From NCBI GenBank assembly GCA_964346585.1, contig CAYFVQ010000121.1:11113-75112 (forward strand): a DNA stretch of 64,000 bases. Direction: 5' to 3'. This DNA comes from an uncultured Eubacteriales bacterium (GTDB lineage: Bacteria > Acidobacteriota > Aminicenantia > Aminicenantales > Aminicenantaceae). Below the pieces are notes generated by a model. That model saw only the letters and a list, made by a program, of their open reading frames with translations, made no database searches and was not told the origin of the DNA. Below, in pieces: positions 18,680 through 27,027 of this stretch (its first letter is position 1; each line of letters begins with the position of its first letter). The position numbers were made by a program, and so were the translations under genes.

Positions 18680-18714
18680 TGACAATATTTGGCATATTTT
18701 AACAATATTTGTCA
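18680..18714. promoter_or_regulatory. two copies of 15-bp palindrome TGACAATATTTGTCA (candidate enhancer/operator)
   Basis: TGACAATATTTGGCA (18680-18694) and TAACAATATTTGTCA (18700-18714), 20 bp centre to centre, about 75-100 bp upstream of the sigma-54 promoter. Confidence 0.4.
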
Positions 18715-18758
18715 TATTCTAAAATTGACCCCTTTTCCCTTATTTTTCCCCTGATTAC

Positions 18759-20072
18759 TCAGGTATTAGACTTTAAGCCGTATTTATCGATAAGGTACCT
18801 CAACGTGCGGTAGCTGATCCCAAGGAGAGAAGCCGTTTCTCTGAGTTTCCCTCCAGCAGCCTGACGAGCCTGCTTGATATAATTTTTTGCGATGTCATCC
18901 AGGTGCGAGTTAAGGCTAAAGCCAGGCTCGAAAAGATAGCTGGTATCAGGTTTTTTATGAGGAGCCATTAGCTCTTCAGGAAGGCTTTCTTTTGTGATGA
19001 TCCCCCGCTCCTCGATGGCAACTATTCTCTCGATCACATTCTCGAGCTCTCGGACATTCCCCGGCCAGGGATAGGATTCGAAGACATTCATCACCTCTGG
19101 AGCGATTCTTTTTGTCTTCCGTCCCATTTCCTGACAATATTTTTTAATGAAATGAGAGACGAGCAGAGGGAGGTCCTCTTTTCTTTTTCTGAGTGGCGGC
19201 ATCACAAGAGAAAGAACATTCAGCCTGTAAAAAAGGTCTTTCCTGAATTTTCCTTCCTCGATTTTTCGCTTTAAATCCTGGTTTGTGGCGGCAATGATGC
19301 GGACATCCACAGGGATTTCTTCTGTACCCCCGACTCTTCTGACTTTCTTGTCCTGGAGAGCTCTGAGAAGCTTCACCTGAGTCATGGCAGACGTTTCTCC
19401 GACTTCATCCAAAAACAGCACACCCTTTTCAGCCACTTCGAACATCCCCTTTTTATCAGCCACAGCCCCAGTGAACGACCCCCTCATATGTCCGAAAAGC
19501 TCGCTCTCTAGGAGGTTCTCTGGCACCGCTCCACAGTTTATGGAAACAAACGGCTTCTCCTGGCGATGGCTGAGAAGATGAACAGCTCTGGCAGCCAACT
19601 CTTTTCCCGTGCCACTTTCACCCTTGACAAGAACTGTCGAATCTGTGGCCGCAATTTTTTCAATCAGGAGATAGACCTCCTTCATTTTCTTGCATTTTCC
19701 CACGATATTCTCGAAACTGTACTTCTCTTTGAGCTGCTTTTTCAGGAGGATATTCTCCAGTTTCAACCTTCCCCTCTCCAGGCTTTGAGAAACAATGATT
19801 TTCAACTCCTCCACATCGAAAGGTTTGACTACATAGTCTATCGCCCCCTCTTTTAAGGCCTCAACTGCCTGTTTAATTGTCCCGTACGCTGTTATCATGA
19901 TTACAGGAATGAAAGGCTTCGTTTCCCTGACGTGCTTAAGGATATCCATTCCGCTCTGCTGGGGAAGCTGGATGTCAGAGATGATAAGGCTGAAATCATT
20001 TTTCTCTATCAGCTCAAGTGCCTTTGGGGCAGAGTGCGAGGTTTCAACCTTGTATCCCTCTTTCTTGAACAC
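18759..20072 (-). CDS. pilR: sigma-54-dependent response regulator (NtrC/PilR family)
   Basis: REC ('LIISDIQLP', 'VVKPF'), AAA+ ('GESGTGKE', 'ESELFGH', 'GSFTGA') and a C-terminal Fis-type HTH. First canonical start is GTG 20072, but REC strand beta1 'KILIVDDE' is encoded upstream of it (see finding). Confidence 0.85.
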   Translation of the reverse strand: MFKKEGYKVETSHSAPKALELIEKNDFSLIISDIQLPQQSGMDILKHVRETKPFIPVIMITAYGTIKQAVEALKEGAIDYVVKPFDVEELKIIVSQSLERGRLKLENILLKKQLKEKYSFENIVGKCKKMKEVYLLIEKIAATDSTVLVKGESGTGKELAARAVHLLSHRQEKPFVSINCGAVPENLLESELFGHMRGSFTGAVADKKGMFEVAEKGVLFLDEVGETSAMTQVKLLRALQDKKVRRVGGTEEIPVDVRIIAATNQDLKRKIEEGKFRKDLFYRLNVLSLVMPPLRKRKEDLPLLVSHFIKKYCQEMGRKTKRIAPEVMNVFESYPWPGNVRELENVIERIVAIEERGIITKESLPEELMAPHKKPDTSYLFEPGFSLNSHLDDIAKNYIKQARQAAGGKLRETASLLGISYRTLRYLIDKYGLKSNT

Positions 20073-20166
20073 AACTGTGAGAAGATCAAGGAGGCTCTTC
20101 TCATCGTCGACAATGAGTATTTTATCCGTTTTTCTCTCCTCTTTCTTTAAATCAAAGCCAGTTTTC

Positions 20167-21423
20167 TCAGGCTTTTCTTAAAGGCAGGATTATGATTATC
20201 TCTGTCCCTTTATCAGGCTCAGAGGCAACGCTGATTTTTCCCTTATAATCGTCCACAATTTTGCGCACGACTGCCATCCCGAGCCCTTGACCACTCTCGA
20301 AGCCCGAATAAAAAGGCTCAAATATTCTTTCTCTTTTATCTTCTGCCATACCAATTCCAGTGTCAGCGAATTTTAATTGGATCTCATCCTTTTTGATTTT
20401 TTCAAAATCTATGGCCAACGATCCTCCGTTGGGCATGGCTTTAAGAGCATTCCTCAAGATATTCCAGAAAAGCTGCTTAAACTGATTGTTGTTTCCGAAA
20501 TACTGAATACTCCCTGAGCTGTAGTTTCCTTTGATCTGAACATTCCCGTCCATTTCACCGCTATTCTGAAGGAGAATGAGCGTTTCCTTTAAGATCTCCG
20601 TCAGGTTGATCGAGGAAAACGTTCTCTGGCCAGGAGAAGCTAGATTCAGGAATTGTTCGATTGAATGGGAGACTCTCCTCGATTCTGAGACGATAATATC
20701 CATCAGTGCCCTTTGCTCTCTCTTCAATCCCAATTCATCCTTCAAGACCTGAACTGAACCGGATATGGCAGCCAGTGGATTCCTGACTTCATGGGCAAGC
20801 TGGGCAGAGACTTCTCCTGCGACTGCAAGTCTGTTCTTAATCTCGAGCTCTTTCTGCGCCATCATCAGCTGGTCCCTTGTCTTACGCAGGCTATCGGTCA
20901 GGAAATTCATAAAAAATGCCACCAAGAAGAAAGCCCCCCAGGCCATAAAAATATTATAATTCACAAGACCCAGAGATATCTCGATGGTTTCTTCTTGAGC
21001 ATAATAGGGAATGAGCCCAAAATACATCCCATCGACCAGAAAACCGTAGATAATGGCGGAGAGAGCGGCGGTCATAAAGGCTGCACGCTTGGAGATTACA
21101 TAGCTGGCCGCGATGATAACAAAAATGTACAGGAAGTAAAAGGATCCCTGGACACCTCCAGAGATGTAGACGAGAGCTGTAATCAGAAGAAGGTCAAAGA
21201 ATATCTGGACAGATACCTGAAGGGTAAGGTGTTTTCCCCAGATGTACAGAATAAGATAGACAAAAGAAAGAAGATAGAAGGAGATCACGACATAATAAAA
21301 AGGATTGAGTGGGAGGAAAACCGAAGTGCTGTATTGAATGATAACGGCGGAGACAACTAGAGAGGTGACGATGACCAGACGCAGGAGTATGAGCCGGAGA
21401 ATATCTTTTTTGTCTGTGCTCAT
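20167..21423 (-). CDS. pilS: sensor histidine kinase (PilS-like, polytopic N-terminus)
   Basis: About 6 TM helices; H-box 'LAHEVRNPLAAISG'; N box 'NILRNALKAM'; G boxes 'DTGIGM', 'GQGLGMAVV'. Confidence 0.8.
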   Translation of the reverse strand: MSTDKKDILRLILLRLVIVTSLVVSAVIIQYSTSVFLPLNPFYYVVISFYLLSFVYLILYIWGKHLTLQVSVQIFFDLLLITALVYISGGVQGSFYFLYIFVIIAASYVISKRAAFMTAALSAIIYGFLVDGMYFGLIPYYAQEETIEISLGLVNYNIFMAWGAFFLVAFFMNFLTDSLRKTRDQLMMAQKELEIKNRLAVAGEVSAQLAHEVRNPLAAISGSVQVLKDELGLKREQRALMDIIVSESRRVSHSIEQFLNLASPGQRTFSSINLTEILKETLILLQNSGEMDGNVQIKGNYSSGSIQYFGNNNQFKQLFWNILRNALKAMPNGGSLAIDFEKIKKDEIQLKFADTGIGMAEDKRERIFEPFYSGFESGQGLGMAVVRKIVDDYKGKISVASEPDKGTEIIIILPLRKA

Positions 21424-22625
21424 CCAAACTGTGAGATCAGGCTGAAGACAGGAAGATACATGGAAATGACTATGGTCCCGATCAAGCTTCCGACGAAGAT
21501 GAGAAGAATCGGCTCCAATATCGAAAGAAGTCCTCCGACCGTGGCTTCGACTTCGTCATCATAAAAATCGGCTAACTTCGACAACATTGCATCTAGGGTT
21601 CCTGTAGCCTCCCCTACACCCACCATTTGGGTGAGCATCAAAGGGAACTGAGCGGCGTCCCTGAAGGCATCCGTAAGGTTCGTTCCTTCAGCGACCTGCG
21701 CTCGAGATGCCATGATGCGGCTTTCCAGGAGAACATTTCCAGCAGTAGAGGAAGTAATCTTAAGGCTCTCCATCATGGGCACGCCTCCAGAAAGGAGAGT
21801 GCTTAAAGTCCGTGTGACTCGAGATAAGGCGACCTTCTCGATCAACTTTCCGAAAAGAGGCATCTTCAGCGCCGCCGTGTCGACAGCCTTTCTTCCCGGA
21901 GGTGTTTTCTTGAAATACCTGTACAGAAAAACCAGGCCGATGAACCCGATAAACATATAAAATATATAGCTCTGAATAAAGTTGCTCGCCGCCAGCATGA
22001 TCTTGGACAGGAGCGGCATATCGGCTCCGAGTTCGTTAAAAATCCCTGAAAAAATCGGAACAACTTTCCACAACATGAAAATCGTTACGATTACAGAAAA
22101 AATAAAAATGGCGATGGGATAGGTCATAGCCTGTTTGACCTGAGCCCTCAACTTGACAATTCTCTCCTGGTATTCAGCCAGACGACGGAGCATAACGTCA
22201 AGCGAACCGCTCTGTTCTCCTGAAGCGACAAGGTTGCAGTACAGGTCGTCAAAGACCTTGGGGAATTTCTTTTTAGCTTGATTCAGAGTGGCTCCGGCTT
22301 CAACATCCCTCCTCACCTGGGTAATGACATGCTTGAAATATTTATTCTTTGCTTGCTGGGCCAGCATGCCCAAGCCTTGAATCAAGGGAAGATCGGCATC
22401 AATCAAAACCGAAAGCTGACGGCTATAGACAGTCAATTCTTTGAGGGGAACTTTCTCTTTTTTTAAAAAAGGTATTTTTAATTCTGTCGGCTTCTTTTTG
22501 ACATTAACGACAGTGATTTGTTCTCTCTGAAGAATTCTAGTCAGGTCCGCCGCGGATTTAGCCACACGTTCTCCCTCAATGATATCTCCTAACCGATTTC
22601 TTCCTTTCCAGACAAATACAGCCAT
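21420..22625 (-). CDS. pilC: type IV pilus / T2SS platform protein (GspF/PilC family)
   Basis: Two GspF repeats ('LSVLIDADLPLIQGL', 'LSTLLSGGVPMMESL'); 3 TM segments; 401 aa. Confidence 0.9.
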   Translation of the reverse strand: MAVFVWKGRNRLGDIIEGERVAKSAADLTRILQREQITVVNVKKKPTELKIPFLKKEKVPLKELTVYSRQLSVLIDADLPLIQGLGMLAQQAKNKYFKHVITQVRRDVEAGATLNQAKKKFPKVFDDLYCNLVASGEQSGSLDVMLRRLAEYQERIVKLRAQVKQAMTYPIAIFIFSVIVTIFMLWKVVPIFSGIFNELGADMPLLSKIMLAASNFIQSYIFYMFIGFIGLVFLYRYFKKTPPGRKAVDTAALKMPLFGKLIEKVALSRVTRTLSTLLSGGVPMMESLKITSSTAGNVLLESRIMASRAQVAEGTNLTDAFRDAAQFPLMLTQMVGVGEATGTLDAMLSKLADFYDDEVEATVGGLLSILEPILLIFVGSLIGTIVISMYLPVFSLISQFG

Positions 22626-22637
22626 GTCTCCCCCTTA

Positions 22638-23756
22638 TTATTTTCTCACTGATTCCGGAGAGTAGTCAGGCGAGGCAGTTTTAACCCCTTCTCTCCTTTG
22701 AATGAGCTCCGTCAACTCATCAGGCTTATAAGAAATTTTCATCGCAGTCTCAAGGGTGATTAATCCTCTGAAATAGAGGGTCGTTAAAGACTGGTTAAAG
22801 GTCTGCATCCCATGCTTTTCCTGGCCCATCTGCATGGCGGAATATATCTGATGGAGCTTATTTTCTCTAATAAGATTCCTGATCGCCGCATTCGGAATAA
22901 GCAATTCCAAGGCCAAAACTCGCCCCTTACCGTCGGCTCGAGGCAAAAGGGCCTGAGTAACCACAGCCTCCAGGCTCATTGAGAGCGTGATTCTCACCTG
23001 GTCTTGATACTGTGGGGGAAAAATGTCGACGATCCTCGACACCGTTTCTGCGGCTGAATTCGTATGAAGCGTAGAGAATGTGAGATGCCCCGTCTCAGCC
23101 ACATGAAGAGTAGCTTCCACTGTTTGCAGGTCTCTCATCTCCCCGACAAGGACAACGTCAGGGTCTTCTCGGAGAACGGAACGAAGCGCGTTGGGGTAGG
23201 ACAGAGTATCCACGTGGAGCTCCCTCTGGTTGATCATGGCTTTTTTGGGATTGAAATAGTATTCAATCGGGTCCTCTATAGTGACGATATGAACATCTCG
23301 CTGCTCATTAATGTAGTTAATCATACACGCCAGGGTGGTCGATTTCCCGCATCCTGTTGGCCCGGTGACTAAAACTAATCCACGCGGCACCGAACAGAGC
23401 TGAGCGATTTTCTGGGGAAGTCCCAGTTGGGCAAAACTCCAATTCTGGCTGAGGAATCTTCGGAATGCCGCGGCAACAGCGCCTCTCTGCATATAAACGT
23501 TTCCCCGAAAACGGCCAATATCCTTGAGGCCAAAAGAGAAATCCAGCTCGAGCTTCTCTTCAAACGTCTTTTTCTGCTTATCCGTCAATAAACTATAAAC
23601 CAACTCCTTGCTTTCGACCGGAGTCAGAGGAGGGTGATCGAGCGAAATCAGACGACCGTGAACCCTGATTCGAGGAGGAATTCGCGTCGTTATATGTAAA
23701 TCGCTGGCATTCCTTTCAACGGTTGTTTTAAGAAGTTCGTGAATCGTTATCGGCAC
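22638..23756 (-). CDS. pilT: type IV pilus retraction ATPase PilT
   Basis: 'ASDLHIT', Walker A 'GPTGCGKST', 'GHLTFSTLHTNSAAET', PilT-type C-terminus; about 370 aa without an N-terminal GspE domain. Confidence 0.9.
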   Translation of the reverse strand: MPITIHELLKTTVERNASDLHITTRIPPRIRVHGRLISLDHPPLTPVESKELVYSLLTDKQKKTFEEKLELDFSFGLKDIGRFRGNVYMQRGAVAAAFRRFLSQNWSFAQLGLPQKIAQLCSVPRGLVLVTGPTGCGKSTTLACMINYINEQRDVHIVTIEDPIEYYFNPKKAMINQRELHVDTLSYPNALRSVLREDPDVVLVGEMRDLQTVEATLHVAETGHLTFSTLHTNSAAETVSRIVDIFPPQYQDQVRITLSMSLEAVVTQALLPRADGKGRVLALELLIPNAAIRNLIRENKLHQIYSAMQMGQEKHGMQTFNQSLTTLYFRGLITLETAMKISYKPDELTELIQRREGVKTASPDYSPESVRK

Positions 23757-24924
23757 TCTTCACCTCCATATCTCTGACTGTCTCTCTCAAGACTTCTTCG
23801 ATTGACGTGACACCCTCTTTTATTTTAGCCAGCCCACTTTGACGTAGCGAAATCATTCCGTTCCTGATTCCGATTTCTTTAATGTCTTTTGGCTGGGCTT
23901 TGGCCAAAATGAGGTCTTTTATGTCATTCGTCACTTCCATGACCTCAAAAAGCCCGACTCTCCCCTTGTAACCAGTCTCTGCGCATGTCGCACAGCCTTT
24001 CGCTTTATAGGGCTTGACCTTCTCTGCTTCCTCAGGAGCATAACCGATATCTACAAGAGCTTCAGGCGTAATCTTGTGTTCCTCTCGGCATTTCTTGCAC
24101 AGCCGTCGCACTAGCCTTTGCGCCACGATGAGGACAAGAGAGTCTGAGATTAAAAAAGGCTCGACATTCATGTTTATCAACCTTGTGATCGTGCCTGCTG
24201 CATCATTGGTATGGACTGTAGAGAAAACCAGGTGTCCCGTCAGCGCGGCTTTAACAGCAATGTCAACCGTTTCGTAATCCCTCATCTCACCGATAAGCAT
24301 GATATCAGGGTCCTGCCTTAAGAATGATCTCAGAGAAGAGGCGAAATTCAATCCAATTTCTTCTTTAATGTTGACTTGGTTGACGCCCGCCATGTAAAAC
24401 TCGACGGGATCTTCCGCTGTCATGATGTTCTTTTCCTGGGAGTTTAAGGTTGAGATCGCAGAATAGAGTGTGTTTGTCTTCCCGCTTCCAGTGGGTCCGG
24501 TGACAAGAATAATCCCGAAAGGCAAGTTGATGGCCTCCTCAAAGCGGCTCATAGACTTCTTCTCAAAGCCGAGTTTGGTAAGATCCAGCTGCAAGTTTGC
24601 CCGGTCGAGGATACGAGAAACGATTTTCTCCCCGAATATCGTGGGTATACAGGAAATTCTCATGTCGACTTCTTTTTTATTATCGTCTCCCCATTTCACT
24701 CTCATCTTTAAACGACCGTCCTGAGGTAACCTCTTTTCTGCAATATCCATGCTGGAGAGAATTTTTACTCGAGATGTGACCGGATTCTTGAATTTCATAG
24801 CCAGATCCATCATTTCATGAAGGACGCCATCTATGCGGTACCTAACCCGGAAGGACCGCTCATATGGCTCGAAATGGACATCACTGGCTCCTTTCTTTAT
24901 CGCATCCATAAATATGGTGTTCAC
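23728..24924 (-). CDS. pilB: type IV pilus assembly ATPase PilB/GspE, ATPase core (downstream part of a split gene)
   Basis: 'DAIKKGASDVHFEPYE', Walker A 'GPTGSGKTN', 'GHLVFSTVHTNDAAG', tetracysteine CKKC...CATC; in the same frame as 24946-25491, separated by one TAA. Confidence 0.85.
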   Translation of the reverse strand: MNTIFMDAIKKGASDVHFEPYERSFRVRYRIDGVLHEMMDLAMKFKNPVTSRVKILSSMDIAEKRLPQDGRLKMRVKWGDDNKKEVDMRISCIPTIFGEKIVSRILDRANLQLDLTKLGFEKKSMSRFEEAINLPFGIILVTGPTGSGKTNTLYSAISTLNSQEKNIMTAEDPVEFYMAGVNQVNIKEEIGLNFASSLRSFLRQDPDIMLIGEMRDYETVDIAVKAALTGHLVFSTVHTNDAAGTITRLINMNVEPFLISDSLVLIVAQRLVRRLCKKCREEHKITPEALVDIGYAPEEAEKVKPYKAKGCATCAETGYKGRVGLFEVMEVTNDIKDLILAKAQPKDIKEIGIRNGMISLRQSGLAKIKEGVTSIEEVLRETVRDMEVKSADNDSRTS

Positions 24925-24945
24925 AAGAGTGATGACAGGAGCTTC

Positions 24946-25491
24946 TTACGTTGAGCGTGTCAATTCTTCGATGTCATATTCTTCCTCTTCTTCCTCGACA
25001 ACATTCACTGATCCATCATCCGCCTGCTCGATCTCGTCGATTATCTCTTTGACGCGCATAGAATCAGAAGCGCCGTAGTATTTATTTATGGCTTCCGAAA
25101 CCCCTGACTCTGAAGCAATGACTGGCTGAATGCTTAGACTTGTTCTAAACCGGACATTTTCAATCACATCCAGGTCTGTGGGATCGACCATGGCCATGGT
25201 CAGAAAAGACCGAATCCGATGGATGGGCATGATCATGTGTTTTTTGGCAATGTCCGCAGGAATGAGTTCGATAACATCCGGATAAACTTCGAATTGACCG
25301 AGGTCGATGTAGGGATACCCCAGCTGTCGGCTCAGTGCCTGAGCCATATCTTCCTCTGATATGAGACCTAAAGCCACAAGAGCGCTTCCGATAGAAACTT
25401 TGTTCTTCTTCTCATACTCAGCAGCAGACTTAAGCTGCTCTGGTGTGATTAGTTTTTCACGGATGAGAAGCTCACCAAGGTTTGAGGCCAT
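24946..25491 (-). CDS. pilB: PilB/GspE N-terminal (T2SSE_N/MshEN-like) domain, upstream part of a split gene
   Basis: 'LGELLIREKLITPEQL...ALVALGLISEEDMAQALS', acidic linker EEEEEE; ends at TAA 24946-24948 immediately before in-frame 'EAPVITLVN'. Confidence 0.8.
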   Translation of the reverse strand: MASNLGELLIREKLITPEQLKSAAEYEKKNKVSIGSALVALGLISEEDMAQALSRQLGYPYIDLGQFEVYPDVIELIPADIAKKHMIMPIHRIRSFLTMAMVDPTDLDVIENVRFRTSLSIQPVIASESGVSEAINKYYGASDSMRVKEIIDEIEQADDGSVNVVEEEEEEYDIEELTRST

Positions 25492-25528
25492 TTTTGGTCC
25501 TTATTGAGTGTTAATAAAATATATAATT

Positions 25529-25543
25529 TGACAATATTTGTCA
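25529..25543. promoter_or_regulatory. perfect copy of palindrome TGACAATATTTGTCA upstream of pilB
   Basis: Exact 15-mer 38 bp upstream of the pilB N-domain start (25491); same motif as the two sites upstream of the pilin gene. Confidence 0.4.
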
Positions 25544-25985
25544 ACTTTTATCACCAGTATCTTCACTATTTTTTCATACATCTAAGACGATTTCTGCTCC
25601 AGACTTTTCTCTTTTTATTGAAACATAAGTCTGAGAAGATATTCGCACGGCTGCCACAACAGTTCCTAATGTTTGCAGAGAATCCTTAGAGTGTCAATCA
25701 TCCGTAGAGAGGATTCTAAAGGTGAATTTTGAATTCTTTTCCTCATCTATAAGGGTTATGCGGCTCACCGCAACAGAGGAGAGCTTCTGGACCGCTCAAT
25801 CCGGCTAATGTACAAGGCGTTTTTAAACAAATTCTCATCAATTATTTTATGATCAGCCGCAATAAAAACTGGTGATCAGAATCTGGGATAAAAAAGAAAT
25901 CTCGGTAACGATTGAATACTTGAAAGTTGGATGAAGGCTGGATGGGCTTGAATATCAGAAAGCTTGAATTGACTTTGGAAAGACT

Positions 25986-26234
25986 CTAATAATTCTCCCA
26001 CCAATCACCGATTTCCTGGGGCTTCCCCGATTCATTCCTGTATATAAACCGTGCGGCTCTTTCTCCCTCTCCATTTTCTTGCTCAAAAATAATCACTTTA
26101 CAGAGGGGCGCAATCTGGTCGAAATACTCTCTGGCTTTAACTCTCGCTTCCTCAAAGGAATAAGTCGATTCATCGAATAAGATCGGGAAACCGACTTTTT
26201 CCTTATATCCTCTTATATAGTATCTTCTGTCCAT
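25986..26234 (-). CDS. small hypothetical protein (82 aa)
   Basis: GGAGG RBS (minus strand GAGAGGAGGGATAA-ATG); protein-like composition; no family recognised; flanked by unusually long non-coding spacers. Confidence 0.55.
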   Translation of the reverse strand: MDRRYYIRGYKEKVGFPILFDESTYSFEEARVKAREYFDQIAPLCKVIIFEQENGEGERAARFIYRNESGKPQEIGDWWENY

Positions 26235-26601
26235 TTATCCCTCCTCTCTAAAATCTGCCGCGACTCTGAGCATCCTGTTCAAGGCGCGCCTTGCTATCCC
26301 AGGTGGACGATATTTGAAAAACCTCATGAATAGCACAAACAAACGCCAAGACACATCCTGCAACATAGGTTTATCCTTTCACCTGATGAAAGTTGAATAA
26401 GGCATCTTTTAAAGGCATGAGTCTTTTCCCCGAAGGAACTGAATCCGTCTCGATTCTTTTTCTCATCTTCTTTCCGAGTGGGAGTAAAGCCCCGCAAAAA
26501 CCGTGCGGCTAAATCTCCATAGTTTAGTCGGTCGAATCTCATCAAAATTGAATGGTAAACCCCTGTTTCTTATTGAATTCAATTTGAAGGGAGGGGATGG
26601 C

Positions 26602-26678
26602 TGGCGCGCCTGGAAGGACTCGAACCTCCGACCCGCTGCTTAGAAGGCAGCTGCTCTATCCGACTGAGCTACAGGCGC
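26602..26678 (-). tRNA. tRNA-Arg (anticodon UCU), CCA encoded
   Basis: Hand-folded cloverleaf: acceptor GCGCCTG/CAGGCGC, D arm GCTC-AGTCGGATA-GAGC, anticodon arm GCTGC-CTTCTAA-GCAGC, T arm GGAGG-TTCGAGT-CCTTC, discriminator G, CCA. Confidence 0.9.
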
Positions 26679-26744
26679 GCTTTCTATTTCTCTATTGATT
26701 CAACCTGTTCGCATGAACGAAGCCAATCTTTCTTTATCTTCTAA

Positions 26745-26819
26745 TCGGGGAGATCGGATTTGAACCGACGACCTCCTGCTCCCAAGGCAGGCGCGCTAAC
26801 CAGGCTGCGCTACTCCCCG
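26745..26819 (-). tRNA. tRNA-Pro (anticodon UGG)
   Basis: Acceptor CGGGGAG/CTCCCCG, D arm GCGC-AGCCTGGTTA-GCGC, anticodon arm CCTGC-CTTGGGA-GCAGG, T arm GTCGG-TTCAAAT-CCGAT, discriminator A; no encoded CCA. Confidence 0.9.
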
Positions 26820-26839
26820 GCATCACAAAATAACATTAG

Positions 26840-26975
26840 AAAAAGGGGACAGACCTTGATGATGGGGTCAGGCCTTGTCAAGGTCGATGCCTAAAAGCTT
26901 TAATCAAGCCTTGGTGTTAATATATAGACAAGGCCTGACCCCGTATTTGTCATCATCAAGGCATGTCCCCTTTTT
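26840..26975. repeat. 136-bp palindromic intergenic element (GGGGACAG...GGGGTCAG arms); probable bidirectional terminator
   Basis: AAAAAGGGGACAGACCTTGATGATGGGGTCAGGCCTTGTC (26840-26879) is an imperfect reverse complement of GACAAGGCCTGACCCC...CATCATCAAGGCATGTCCCCTTTTT (26927-26975); A-run and T-run flanks. Confidence 0.7.
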
Positions 26976-27027
26976 CTGCCTTTTTTGTCCCTCATTTTTA
27001 TAGCAAAACAACGAGTAGTTGTCAATT

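Noticed and set aside
24946-24948. Genetic-code reassignment of TAA as an explanation for the in-frame stops in pilB and the methyltransferase
   Set aside because: TAA is the apparent genuine terminator of many well-delimited genes in this window (for example lpxK at 5952-5954, the flotillin gene, the AspAT fusion). The protein ends match family lengths.
26324-26545. 73-aa minus-strand ORF in the tRNA-proximal spacer
   Set aside because: It has no RBS, an odd composition (a C-rich tail, CCRMCLGVCLCYS) and no motif. The region is treated as non-coding and flagged for ncRNA screening instead.
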